From a virus (lineage: Duplodnaviria; Caudoviricetes), in the IMG/VR virus record IMGVR_UViG_3300031912_000029, positions 1 to 42,166 of that record: a DNA stretch of 42,166 bases, one strand, 5' to 3'. Below are positions 1-8,549 of this stretch, in pieces. The position numbers were made by a program, and so were the translations under genes. Position 1 is the first letter of the stretch; every line of letters begins with the position of its first letter. Under the pieces are notes generated by a model. The model had not been told where the DNA came from. It saw nothing but the letters and a program-made list of their open reading frames with translations, and searched no databases.

Positions 1-618
1 GATGAGCCTGGAGCAGAAGCCTTGATCCCAAGCTAGGCTCCCGAGGATGGACTCGAGGGTGGCTGGCTGGGCGGCGATGATGGCAGTCAGGATGGGGGCG
101 CGGAGGAGGATGTCGCCGCGGATGATACGGCCCTGGGCGTACTCCTCAGCGCTGTTGTAGAGGGTACAGAGCTCGGACATGAACGCGCTGTCGTCTTTAG
201 GGCAGAAGTCTGCGAACTCATCCACGGGCCAGACCACAGGGCTGTACTCCAGGAGCTCGCCAGTTTCTAGGGGGTCCTGCTCCTTAGCCTTCTCCCCCAC
301 GAACTTGATCATGGCGGGGCCAGTTATATTGTCGGGGACCATGTGGAAGGCTGGCTTGCCATTCGTGCGGCGGGTCCTAGAGTAGAGGCGCTTGACTGGG
401 TCCAGGGCGTTGGACTTCTTGGCTGTGGGGCGGCCGACGAGCACGATGAAGAGGTTGGACCACAGCACTTTGCCGTCATACTCGGTCCAGATGCGGCGCT
501 GGGTGGCGCCAGCCAGGAGGGCGAGGGCGCCCCAGAGGCGGTAGATGCGGTGGGTCGGCAGGTACTCGGTAAGCTCCAAGTACCTGTCGATGAAGTCCTC
601 AGATTGGCCGTTACGCAC
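1..618 (-). CDS. DUF3987/YfjI-like P-loop NTPase (putative replicative helicase-like), runs off the window
   Basis: Manual translation from GTG at 618 (not in the ORF track because it has no stop in the window): MRNGQSEDFIDRYLEL...NLFIVLVGRPTAKKS (Walker A-like)...VDEFADF (Walker B-like)...QGFCSRLI. Confidence 0.75.
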   Translation of the reverse strand, partial: MRNGQSEDFIDRYLELTEYLPTHRIYRLWGALALLAGATQRRIWTEYDGKVLWSNLFIVLVGRPTAKKSNALDPVKRLYSRTRRTNGKPAFHMVPDNITGPAMIKFVGEKAKEQDPLETGELLEYSPVVWPVDEFADFCPKDDSAFMSELCTLYNSAEEYAQGRIIRGDILLRAPILTAIIAAQPATLESILGSLAWDQGFCSRLI

Positions 619-880
619 TGAAGTATAGCTCCCCTCCTTCCTCGAGCTTATAGATCATACCCCCGAGCATGTTGACGGCGCATAAGTTACCCAGGCTGTA
701 GCCGTGCTCCAGGTCTGGAGTTACGGGCGCGGGGAGGGGCAGGGCGCTGAGCATCTGCTGGGCGCGGCGCAATGCTTCGCGCTGGAAGTAGGCGCGAAGG
801 CAGTCTCGGTAGGCGTAGTGGTGCATGCAGACGGATGGGCGTTCGTCTGGGTGACAGGTGCATGGTCCTTGAGGTTTCAT
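611..880 (-). CDS. hypothetical protein with N-terminal Cys/His cluster
   Basis: ATG at 880 overlaps the polymerase stop (ATGA); CTCH...CMHH...DC. Confidence 0.6.
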   Translation of the reverse strand: MKPQGPCTCHPDERPSVCMHHYAYRDCLRAYFQREALRRAQQMLSALPLPAPVTPDLEHGYSLGNLCAVNMLGGMIYKLEEGGELYFSA

Positions 881-3279
881 AGGGGGCGCTCCATTATGCT
901 GAGTCTTCGGCGAGGGTCTGGGCGGCCTTGTAGCTTGCGGAGGCCATCTGGGTTGGACTTGGGGTCGTAGCGGCCCCAGTTCCATCCGGTTTTAGCTTCT
1001 CCAGGAACGTCAAATACACGGCTATCTCTAGTAAGGGGCACGCTGCACAGGCGCAGGGCCTTGTTAACCGTAGCAAGCTCATCAGCCGAGTCCGGGAATT
1101 GAAAGTAAAGTGCGTCATGTACCTGTGCAAGAAGCTCCACCTCTGGCATGTAGTGCCACACTCGCCAAAGAATGAGGTTAAGTCGGTCGGCGGTAGAGCT
1201 CTGAGGGCCAAAGGCAATGGCTTCGCGTAGAGTTGTATCATCGTTGGGTCTCCCGAAGAAGTGGCGCGTTCGGCCGAACGCATTGCGTAGGAGCTGGGTG
1301 GTCTGGAGTTGTTTGGCAACCCACTGGTGCCAGCGGGCGATGGCGGGGAACGCGCCGAAGTACCTGGACTGGAAGTGTTCCATTAGGCGCGTGGGGACTT
1401 TGAGGTGGCGGGCCATGGTGAAGGGCGTGCCCAGGTAGTTGCTGTTTCCCGTAATGCTGATCTTGCCGTTGCGCCTTATATAGAACGCGCCGAAGGGTAC
1501 AGTTGGACAGTAGACTTTACACTCTGCTTGGGCCCTGGACAGGGTTAGGGATTCTAGATCGGCAAAGCTTCTGTTGTTCTGCTGGAGCCTGAATATTGTG
1601 GTGCCAAAGCCAGAGACGTGTGACAGCTGGATGTTGCCACCTATGCCTATGAGGCGTCCAATAGTTTGCAACCATTCCAAGTGGGTGCGGTCCTTTGAGA
1701 ATATGGTTGTTGCAGTTCTGCTGATGTGGCCGTCCCAATATTTATGCTCATCGATGTAGGCAGTGAGAGCAGCAAAGGGCCAGTGGAGGAGGTAGGGGCC
1801 GGCGGCTTTCGGGTAAGGGGCGGTCCACTCCAGCCACGCCTTGTTCTCACTCCTCTTATATGGGACGAAGGCGTCTTGCGCGAGTTGCTGTAGGCGTGCG
1901 AACTTGCGTTCCTTGTTCATGTGGAAGGAGACGCGGTTCAGGGAGTTTTGGTGACCGTCGCACTGGTATGCGGCTAGGAGGCGTGCTGTGGCGGTGGATA
2001 CCTCCACGGTTCCGCCAATGTAATTACCTCCGAGGGGTATGACGCCTGACCTTGGTAGCTGTTCGGCGGCTGTGCAGTGGATCGGGTTGCGCCGGTCCTT
2101 GTAGTAGTAGATGCGATGCTCCGGCGTAACTACTGCGTCGAGGCTAGTAGCCTGTAGGTGGAGCAGGTCACCTGACCAGTCTCTCTCTGTCCAATGGCTG
2201 GGACTTTCAAAGCGCGATCCTCCTGTGGGATGCCAGGTCATAATGAATGGTGGCAGGTTACTGATGGTAACCCAGCCGCTGGGCGTTAGGACCTCGTGAT
2301 CGGCGGTGAGGCAGCCGTGGCCCCCTCGCTTAGCCATGTCCCTATAGCTCATGTCTCGGTAGAAGAGGCTATCTGCAATTCGACGGTCATGGTCAGCCTC
2401 TCCGTTCCAGCCCAGTCTGGGCCAGATAAATTTCGATGTATAAGTGTGAAGGTCACCAGTTTCTGTAGCTTCGAGGTAAGACCAGTCCCCGAATAGAGTC
2501 CCACAGAGCCAACCAACCTCCCGGGACTCGGCTTGCTCCAGGTCAATACCGCAGATTTTCCAGCCTTGGTCCGCCACAAAGATTTTTCGGAGCTTGTCGG
2601 CGATATTCTGAAGATTGCCTCCAGTTCCAAAAGCGTTTCCACTAGACGACCAACGCCCAGTCTCCGTTCCGGCGATATTGTAGCTTGTTCGCATTCTTCC
2701 ATCGCGATCTACCTCCGTGATTAGCGCCTCGCGTTGTTTGCTTAGGTCCCTGATGTCGAGGACTAGGTTGATGATGGGCCGCGCGTAGAGATAGAGGCTG
2801 AGGCGCTCTAGGGCCTCGCGATCCATCGAGAGCTTGCGGACGCCCTTATGGCTGGTCCACAGCTCTGGCAGACGCATCTTGCCATAGAAGAACTCTATGA
2901 GCTGACTGGGTGACTTAGGATTGAGCTCTTTATCCCAGACCGCGTAGGCTATCCGCTGCAGCTGGGACTCTGGATCGAACCTATTCCTGGAATGTAGGCG
3001 CCCCCCGAGCTTGATGATGCGGGCTTCCAGCTCATCGATGGCGGTGCGGCGTTCAGTCTGGTCCACGCGGAAGCCTCTAAGCATCATGCTGAGGGCCGGC
3101 CCTTGGAGGGCACGCTCGAAGGCGTAGGTCCGCTGGGGCTCGGGCGCCTTAGCCATGAGCTGGGTGAGATGGCCGTGGACCTCGAGGGTGATCATGCAGT
3201 CAAGGCCATTGTAGACCTGCTCCTGCTGGGGGTGGCGGCGGCCCTCGAGGAGGTCAGTCGCAGTGTTGATCCAGGGCAT
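877..3279 (-). CDS. family A DNA polymerase (ExoIII motif plus polymerase domain), intein-containing
   Basis: TETGRWSS and NLQNI motifs, motif A DLEQAESR, motif B RDMAKRGGHG/SNYLG, motif C QVHDAL; GAGGAG SD upstream of ATG 3279/3285. Confidence 0.95.
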   Translation of the reverse strand: MPWINTATDLLEGRRHPQQEQVYNGLDCMITLEVHGHLTQLMAKAPEPQRTYAFERALQGPALSMMLRGFRVDQTERRTAIDELEARIIKLGGRLHSRNRFDPESQLQRIAYAVWDKELNPKSPSQLIEFFYGKMRLPELWTSHKGVRKLSMDREALERLSLYLYARPIINLVLDIRDLSKQREALITEVDRDGRMRTSYNIAGTETGRWSSSGNAFGTGGNLQNIADKLRKIFVADQGWKICGIDLEQAESREVGWLCGTLFGDWSYLEATETGDLHTYTSKFIWPRLGWNGEADHDRRIADSLFYRDMSYRDMAKRGGHGCLTADHEVLTPSGWVTISNLPPFIMTWHPTGGSRFESPSHWTERDWSGDLLHLQATSLDAVVTPEHRIYYYKDRRNPIHCTAAEQLPRSGVIPLGGNYIGGTVEVSTATARLLAAYQCDGHQNSLNRVSFHMNKERKFARLQQLAQDAFVPYKRSENKAWLEWTAPYPKAAGPYLLHWPFAALTAYIDEHKYWDGHISRTATTIFSKDRTHLEWLQTIGRLIGIGGNIQLSHVSGFGTTIFRLQQNNRSFADLESLTLSRAQAECKVYCPTVPFGAFYIRRNGKISITGNSNYLGTPFTMARHLKVPTRLMEHFQSRYFGAFPAIARWHQWVAKQLQTTQLLRNAFGRTRHFFGRPNDDTTLREAIAFGPQSSTADRLNLILWRVWHYMPEVELLAQVHDALYFQFPDSADELATVNKALRLCSVPLTRDSRVFDVPGEAKTGWNWGRYDPKSNPDGLRKLQGRPDPRRRLSIMERPL
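1444..2313 (-). mobile_element. intein (290 aa) with LAGLIDADG-type homing endonuclease
   Basis: Starts CLTADHEVLTPSGW, ends VYCPTV...ISITGN followed by Ser; block B VTPEHR; endonuclease-like blocks LLAAYQCDG and EHKYWDG; removal restores motif B GGHG-SNYLG. Confidence 0.92.
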
Positions 3280-3445
3280 TGTCATGCTCCTCAAGGTAGT
3301 GCTGGAGCTTCTCGGTGTAGGCGTGCTGGGCCTTGACCTTCTTGGTGATCTCATGCTCCATGATGTGACCGGAGAGGCGGTTGAATATGAGGCTGATGAC
3401 GAAGAATATGGCGCACCAGAGTAGCATGTGGAGTATGATGGTCAT
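3254..3445 (-). CDS. small membrane protein
   Basis: N-terminal hydrophobic helix; packed between neighbours. Confidence 0.55.
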   Translation of the reverse strand: MTIILHMLLWCAIFFVISLIFNRLSGHIMEHEITKKVKAQHAYTEKLQHYLEEHDNALDQHCD

Positions 3446-3448
3446 GGC

Positions 3449-3892
3449 TCACTCCCGGTTGTTGTGGCAGAAGAGCTGTTTACCGACTGTGGTGCAGTAC
3501 CATCGGTTGGTCGGCTCTGAGCACTTGCCGCCCTCGACGCAGACTAGGAGGTAGCCTGTGCTGTCGAGCTGGATGGGGACCGTTGTCTGTTGGAATGGCC
3601 CTATGGGATTGATGTTGTTGGTTAGCTCGGCGCTGTTAGGGCGGACGCTGACGCGCATCTGGCCAGTTAGGTTGGAGCCTTGAGGCAGTGGGTCCACCTT
3701 GTAGGTGGTGGGGCCTTGCTTGTAGATCTTATTGTCGCCAGCAGGGAGCTGGACCGTGCCGTGGAGGGTGGTAAGGTCAGTGGGCCAAGGCTGGAGCCAG
3801 GCGGGCGCGCCATACCAGGCGGCGCCCGCTACGATCAGACCTGTGAGGGCGGCGCGGGGGTTGTTCATGGCGCTAGGGTGATGGTTTGGCAT
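3449..3892 (-). CDS. membrane-anchored/exported hypothetical protein with C-terminal Cys
   Basis: N-terminal hydrophobic segment, four C-terminal Cys. Confidence 0.6.
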   Translation of the reverse strand: MPNHHPSAMNNPRAALTGLIVAGAAWYGAPAWLQPWPTDLTTLHGTVQLPAGDNKIYKQGPTTYKVDPLPQGSNLTGQMRVSVRPNSAELTNNINPIGPFQQTTVPIQLDSTGYLLVCVEGGKCSEPTNRWYCTTVGKQLFCHNNRE

Positions 3893-4211
3893 TGGAGGCT
3901 CCCAGTTGGCGATACTCGATGGGGCGTTGGCAGAACTTGGCGTTGGCGATACCGTGCTCCATGCCTGGCGTTACGCCCAGGTCGGTGTAGACTACTGTGG
4001 CGTCGGCGACTCGGCCCCATGCCAATGCTGCTTGCATGCCCAGCGTCCGGTGGCGAGCGTTGTTGTCGTCTAGGACCTGGGTGTAGAGGATGTGGCCGAG
4101 CATGGGGGCTTCGCCGCGCATTAGGCAGTCCAGCATACACTCGCGCGCGTAGCGCAGGTTTTCGAGGAGGTCGCCGCGCGAGTAGGGGGACTCAACAATG
4201 ACTAGTCTCAT
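3873..4211 (-). CDS. nucleoside 2-deoxyribosyltransferase-like fold protein (DUF7768/DUF4406-like)
   Basis: VIVESPY...GEAP..GH.LY...ADATVVYTDLGVTPGM..GI pattern. Confidence 0.65.
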   Translation of the reverse strand: MRLVIVESPYSRGDLLENLRYARECMLDCLMRGEAPMLGHILYTQVLDDNNARHRTLGMQAALAWGRVADATVVYTDLGVTPGMEHGIANAKFCQRPIEYRQLGASNAKPSP

Positions 4212-4408
4212 AGGCTTTGCTCCCTATGCAGTATTGCGTTGCACCTATTTAGGAGGTCAATCTCCTGGTCGGTATGGTTGATGAGCTCGTCTACCATTAT
4301 CTCGTAAGAGTGGATGATTTTGTGCTGTTTGCGGTTAGCGTAGGCTGTCACCCAGCTGGATGCGATGGCGGCGGTCAACAGGATGTAGAGGGGTAGCTGG
4401 CTGCGCAT
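4208..4408 (-). CDS. small membrane-anchored protein
   Basis: Hydrophobic N-terminus; stop overlaps next start. Confidence 0.55.
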   Translation of the reverse strand: MRSQLPLYILLTAAIASSWVTAYANRKQHKIIHSYEIMVDELINHTDQEIDLLNRCNAILHREQSL

Positions 4409-4444
4409 GGGGAGGAGGCTCCAGATTTTTTATTGCCTATAGCA

Positions 4445-4459
4445 GAACAAATCATGAAC
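4445..4459. promoter_or_regulatory. alphaproteobacterial LexA (SOS) box
   Basis: GAAC-AAATCAT-GAAC, exact GAAC-N7-GAAC, next to an AT-rich intergenic gap. Confidence 0.75.
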
Positions 4460-4649
4460 AAGCTGGCTTCTTAATGCGCCTCTTGTCGGTTGGATGTGGT
4501 GGTTTGGTTTCACACTCGTTACAAGACCACGCCCCCGCCTCCTCGGGGATGGGCCAGCACTTTCCCTTGATGTAGGGCTTGTTGCAGAAGTCACACCTGG
4601 AAGGGTGACCGCCTCGAATGGCTGCGATGATCCACACAGGATCATTCAT
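4452..4649 (-). CDS. small zinc-finger protein
   Basis: CDFC...CNEC; ATG overlaps upstream gene end. Confidence 0.6.
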   Translation of the reverse strand: MNDPVWIIAAIRGGHPSRCDFCNKPYIKGKCWPIPEEAGAWSCNECETKPPHPTDKRRIKKPACS

Positions 4650-5697
4650 CTCTCTTGGTCTCCGTCGATTTTGACGAGCGCATGAGCTTCCAGGCGGGCT
4701 CGTCGGTCCAGACTGAGCCCAGGAAGCCGAGGCCTTTCTGCAGCTCGGGGTAAAGGGCGTGGCTCATGAGCATGGTGTCATGGGTGCAAGCTCGGGGCCG
4801 GAAGCCCATCCTGATGAAGTACTGGAGGTCGTAGAGCCCATTTTGGAAGAGCTTGGGGACTGGGGATTCCAGCAGCCTACGTACAATACCCCATGCGTAT
4901 AGCTCTTGGGCGGGGGTGGGCCAGTAGGATCCTCCACGGGCGAGGTCGACGAAAGGTATGACCATAGCGCAGCTAAGGCTGCCTGCAAAACCCACCATTT
5001 TGATCTGGCCACGGAATGTCTCTATGTCTATGCTGAGGAGCGGGGCCCTCAGTAGATGCCCGGCGTATGCGTCAGCTTCTTCGAGGGTTGGGTTAACGAG
5101 GATGAGACGCTCAGGTCGCCGGATTTCTGGGAACTGACTTTGACGTACAGCTTTCTTGTAGTCGGCGATACAGATGGGTCTGTATGCAATATTGCGGAGG
5201 ACTGCGGCGGGATGGTAAGTACCCAGCACTTTGAGCGCGGGGACCAATGTAGACTGGGCAACGGTGCCTCTAATTGAACCAATTTGAGGATGATTGAGGA
5301 GTGCCCAAGTAGCGGTACCTCCCAACGCAATGACCAGGTTAGGTTGGACATGATCAAGCTCCTGTTTTAGGCGCGTCAGCTCAGGGAGGTACTGTGGATG
5401 TAGGTATTTGCCCAGGCTGAGCGGTTTCAGTGGGTAGTAGGCGCCTGCGTCTGCTTTGCGGCAGCAGATGGCGTCGAGTTGGTTGGAGGGAGGTCGCAGG
5501 GCCAGGACATTCGTTAGGAAACACCTGGCCCTGTCGATCCCCGCTTCGCTGAGCTCGCGGGTAAGCTCTTGGCCGGCCTGGCCTACGAAGGGCAGCCCTA
5601 CCATCTCCTCTTCCCGGCCCCAGGCCTCGCCTACGAGGGCGACCTTCGCGGTCTTAGGGCCGGAGGAGTGGGCGAATGGTTGGGCTGGTTGGTGCAT
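4642..5697 (-). CDS. uracil-DNA glycosylase (family 4-like) fused to N-terminal part of a PolA-type 3'-5' exonuclease
   Basis: VGEAWG...GLPFVGQAG, TNVL..RPPSN, YHPAAVLR (UDG); SIDIET (ExoI), QNGLYD (ExoII), HDTML. Confidence 0.9.
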   Translation of the reverse strand: MHQPAQPFAHSSGPKTAKVALVGEAWGREEEMVGLPFVGQAGQELTRELSEAGIDRARCFLTNVLALRPPSNQLDAICCRKADAGAYYPLKPLSLGKYLHPQYLPELTRLKQELDHVQPNLVIALGGTATWALLNHPQIGSIRGTVAQSTLVPALKVLGTYHPAAVLRNIAYRPICIADYKKAVRQSQFPEIRRPERLILVNPTLEEADAYAGHLLRAPLLSIDIETFRGQIKMVGFAGSLSCAMVIPFVDLARGGSYWPTPAQELYAWGIVRRLLESPVPKLFQNGLYDLQYFIRMGFRPRACTHDTMLMSHALYPELQKGLGFLGSVWTDEPAWKLMRSSKSTETKRDE

Positions 5698-5793
5698 CTA
5701 AGGTGCCATTATGAGGGTGAAACCAAAAGCTATCAGTACCGCGCCCATTCCGATGAAGAAATAGCCCATTTGCATAGTGCTGATCCTCCTCAT
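5698..5793 (-). CDS. 31 aa membrane peptide
   Basis: MRRISTMQMGYFFIGMGAVLIAFGFTLIMAP; exactly fills the gap with ATGA overlap and abutting stop/start. Confidence 0.5.
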   Translation of the reverse strand: MRRISTMQMGYFFIGMGAVLIAFGFTLIMAP

Positions 5794-6272
5794 GGCTGGG
5801 GCTCCTCCTCCTGGAGGATGGCTTTGTAGAGGAGGAGATAGACGAGGAGGTCGTCTACGCGGCTAGCTACTGGTTCGTTCTGTTGGGCGCCCTGGGTGTG
5901 ACCTACGATGGCGCGCCAATGCTTACCAGCTAGGACCGCCCAGACGGTCATCATGGATAGGTCTAGCTCGCGGGCTATACCCCTGATGGTAGCTAGCCTA
6001 TCGGCGCTGGTGGCGTAGTCCTTAGCTTTGAGTTTCTCTAGGTCGATGACGCGAGCCACGGAGTCACGGACTAGGACGTTCCATTGCTCGGTGCTGTAGG
6101 CGCGCGGCTTGAGCTTGCGGAGCTCGTCCACCTCAAAGCGGAGCTTCTCTAACTCTGACATCATCTTGAGGTGGACCTCGGTGTCGATGAGGGCTGGCTG
6201 CTCTTTGGGGATGGCCTGGCCCAGGATGGGCCGGCGGAGGTTTGCGGTGTTTTGGTAGTCGGAAGTACTCAT
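5790..6272 (-). CDS. all-alpha NTP-PPase-like / DUF1599 (Nmad1)-like protein
   Basis: KAKDYA...KH...EPVASRVDDLLVYLLL pattern. Confidence 0.55.
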   Translation of the reverse strand: MSTSDYQNTANLRRPILGQAIPKEQPALIDTEVHLKMMSELEKLRFEVDELRKLKPRAYSTEQWNVLVRDSVARVIDLEKLKAKDYATSADRLATIRGIARELDLSMMTVWAVLAGKHWRAIVGHTQGAQQNEPVASRVDDLLVYLLLYKAILQEEEPQP

Positions 6273-7636
6273 GGAGGGCTCCTATGTTGGGAATGGAACT
6301 GACGCATAGTGCGAAAGCTCTTGAGTGCGATCAAGGCGCTTTCGTAGTACTCGAGGTCTAGCTCGAGGCCTAGGACCTGGTGGGCATCTAGGCTCTCTGC
6401 TGCGCGTAGTGCGGCACCGGAGCCGCAGGTCGGGTCGAGGAGGCGGGTTGTACCGTCCACGAACATCTGCATGAAGTGGCGCAGCATGGGCTCGGGCTTG
6501 GTGGATGGGTGGTAGCGCTTGTCGGTCGGCGCGCTGTACCAGTTGGCTACGGACTTGACGATGGGCCGGTCCTCGCGCGCGGCCATGAGGCAAGTCTCGT
6601 AAGTATTGCGAGGTCGTCGTCTGGGGTCGGCCAGAATACCCACGTTATCACTCTTGGTCCAGACCAGCGGTTGTCTAAGGAACTGCAGACTTGGAGCACG
6701 AGCTGCGAAGTAGGCGAGCGTTTCTGTGTAGTGCTCCATACTGAACCAAAACATAAGATGGGCACTGGTTGCCATGAGATGGTCAAGGTTGGTGCATAGA
6801 CATTCCAAGAGAGTCCAGTAGACGTCAGCCGTATCGCTGTAGCGTGCATCCTTATCTCTACCACCTTGCGGTCCTTTGTTGAACTCGATGCCATAGGGGA
6901 AGTCACAGTGGATGAAGTTGAAGCGAGGTCCAGAGTAGGCAGGGGCCCACTCCAGGAAGTTAGCGTTGAGGAGACTCGGTGGGGGCTCGGCCCTGGTTGG
7001 GAGGGGGTCCATCTCCTTGAGGTGGGTAGTGCCATCGGCACTCGCCACCATGTGGAGGCGTGTCATCACGTGCCTGGCTGCATCGCGCACACTTGACAGG
7101 ACTGTCTCATGGCGGCGCTGGTCTATGAGCTTTAGGCCGTTGTAGGCTTGCTCACAGGAGTTGGCGTGCTCGATGCGGGGATGATCTAGGTCCTCGGCCA
7201 CGCGCAAGATCTGACTGACGGTCCCGTAAGCCAGCCCTACGGCGTCGGCGGTGTCGCGCTGAGTCCAGGTCTCCCTCTCCTCGCAGTGGAGGTCGTGAAG
7301 GCGTTTGACAGCGCGCACTTGGTCGCGCCAGCTGAGGTCAGAGCGCTTGACGTTCTCTTCCAGCTCTATGATTTGGCGCTCGATGAGGTCTAGGTCCTCG
7401 ATGAAGCGGCATAGGATGCTGGGATGGCCTAGCTTTTTGCAGGCGGCGAGGCGGCGGCCTCCCGCGATTAGGTTGTAGTCCTGGTCGATGGTGATGGGGT
7501 TGATGAGGCCCCTCGTGCGGATGGAGTCTTCTAGTGAACCTATACCCCTACTGTGGGCCGTATCTAAGTCGGAGCGTTGGCGGTCTCCCACCTTGATCTC
7601 GGAGATTAGTACTCGTTCTACGCGGTCTGGCTTCAT
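6269..7636 (-). CDS. ParB/Srx N-terminal domain fused to N6/N4 DNA methyltransferase (beta-class order)
   Basis: GLINPITI..LIAGGRRLAA, EENVKRSDL, HTH; DFPYG, HPSTKP, LDPTCGSG. Confidence 0.88.
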   Translation of the reverse strand: MKPDRVERVLISEIKVGDRQRSDLDTAHSRGIGSLEDSIRTRGLINPITIDQDYNLIAGGRRLAACKKLGHPSILCRFIEDLDLIERQIIELEENVKRSDLSWRDQVRAVKRLHDLHCEERETWTQRDTADAVGLAYGTVSQILRVAEDLDHPRIEHANSCEQAYNGLKLIDQRRHETVLSSVRDAARHVMTRLHMVASADGTTHLKEMDPLPTRAEPPPSLLNANFLEWAPAYSGPRFNFIHCDFPYGIEFNKGPQGGRDKDARYSDTADVYWTLLECLCTNLDHLMATSAHLMFWFSMEHYTETLAYFAARAPSLQFLRQPLVWTKSDNVGILADPRRRPRNTYETCLMAAREDRPIVKSVANWYSAPTDKRYHPSTKPEPMLRHFMQMFVDGTTRLLDPTCGSGAALRAAESLDAHQVLGLELDLEYYESALIALKSFRTMRQFHSQHRSPP

Positions 7637-7904
7637 TGAATAGCTCCTCGTAGTGGGTGTCTAGGTCCTGAAGGAATAAGTTGGTGTTGCAGAATAGCCT
7701 GGCTGCCTCGCGGGTGATGTCGTTGATGGTAGGGCGAAGGATGCGCTGGGAGTATTGGTCGAGGGTAAAAGTGGGGTAGAGTATGGTGAATGAGCCCTCG
7801 TTGCTCCAGTCTAGGGGCACGAGCTGGACGGGCATGAGGCTGGCAGCTGGGACGATGGCTGGAGCGGCAATCAGGCCCTGGAGGAAGAAACGGCGCGTCA
7901 GCAT
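7548..7904 (-). CDS. hypothetical protein with twin-arginine-like N-terminus
   Basis: MLTRRFFLQGLIAAPAIV. Confidence 0.6.
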   Translation of the reverse strand: MLTRRFFLQGLIAAPAIVPAASLMPVQLVPLDWSNEGSFTILYPTFTLDQYSQRILRPTINDITREAARLFCNTNLFLQDLDTHYEELFNEARPRRTSTNLRDQGGRPPTLRLRYGPQ

Positions 7905-7921
7905 TTTTGTTGCCTATGGTA

Positions 7922-7936
7922 GAACAAAACGTGAAT
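7922..7936. promoter_or_regulatory. second LexA-like box (one mismatch)
   Basis: GAAC-AAAACGT-GAAT within a ~40 bp block similar to 4427-4466. Confidence 0.6.
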
Positions 7937-8095
7937 GAGCTGGAATCGCGCCCCTTGGCGCAATCCTGTCCCATAAGGACCCCCCAGCCAGGGGGTAGGG
8001 GTTCGCCGAAGGCTGGGGGGGCTCTCAGAGGCGGTTGCGCGGGGTGAGTCACCGCCCTCATACCTCGCAGCATGAGGCGCCTCCAAGCTCGGGGA

Positions 8096-8530
8096 CTAGG
8101 CGGCTGTTACTTCGCCTACATCGTCGAAGAACTCGCCTGGTTTGTTGGGGTTGGCGCGGCGCGTGGTGTGGAGGAGGACGGCGCGGTTGACTGCCTCGGG
8201 GATGGTTTCACCGAAACTACGACCCGCAATCTCAACGCCGATCTTCTCGAGGAAGTCTTTGCAGCGCCACATGGCGTCCTCGGTAATGTAGAAGGTCTTA
8301 CGGAGCTGGCGCTTGGATACGTCAATTCCTTCGAGCTCATTGGGGTCCATACCGTCGCCGGGGCCAGTGAGTCGGATGGTATACTCGACGAAGGGAGTCT
8401 GTTTTGTGCCAGACTTGTCATAGCGATAGCTCGCCACAATGCCCTCATACGTTCCCACTGGAAGACTTTTAGGCCGTTGGACCTCGTCGAGGGGTTTGCT
8501 GAGGAGGTCGCGAAAGTCGGTGGTGTCCAT
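8096..8530 (-). CDS. DUF669-like single-stranded DNA-binding protein
   Basis: LPVGTYEGIV beta-rich OB-like pattern; directly downstream of AAA_24 NTPase. Confidence 0.6.
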   Translation of the reverse strand: MDTTDFRDLLSKPLDEVQRPKSLPVGTYEGIVASYRYDKSGTKQTPFVEYTIRLTGPGDGMDPNELEGIDVSKRQLRKTFYITEDAMWRCKDFLEKIGVEIAGRSFGETIPEAVNRAVLLHTTRRANPNKPGEFFDDVGEVTAA

Positions 8531-8549
8531 GGACTGTGCTCCTGTTGTG

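Noticed and set aside
3280-4641. Group I intron joining the two polymerase halves
   Set aside because: The interval is filled with coupled small ORFs, the downstream half has its own SD, and I see no intron core; not formally excluded without RT-PCR.
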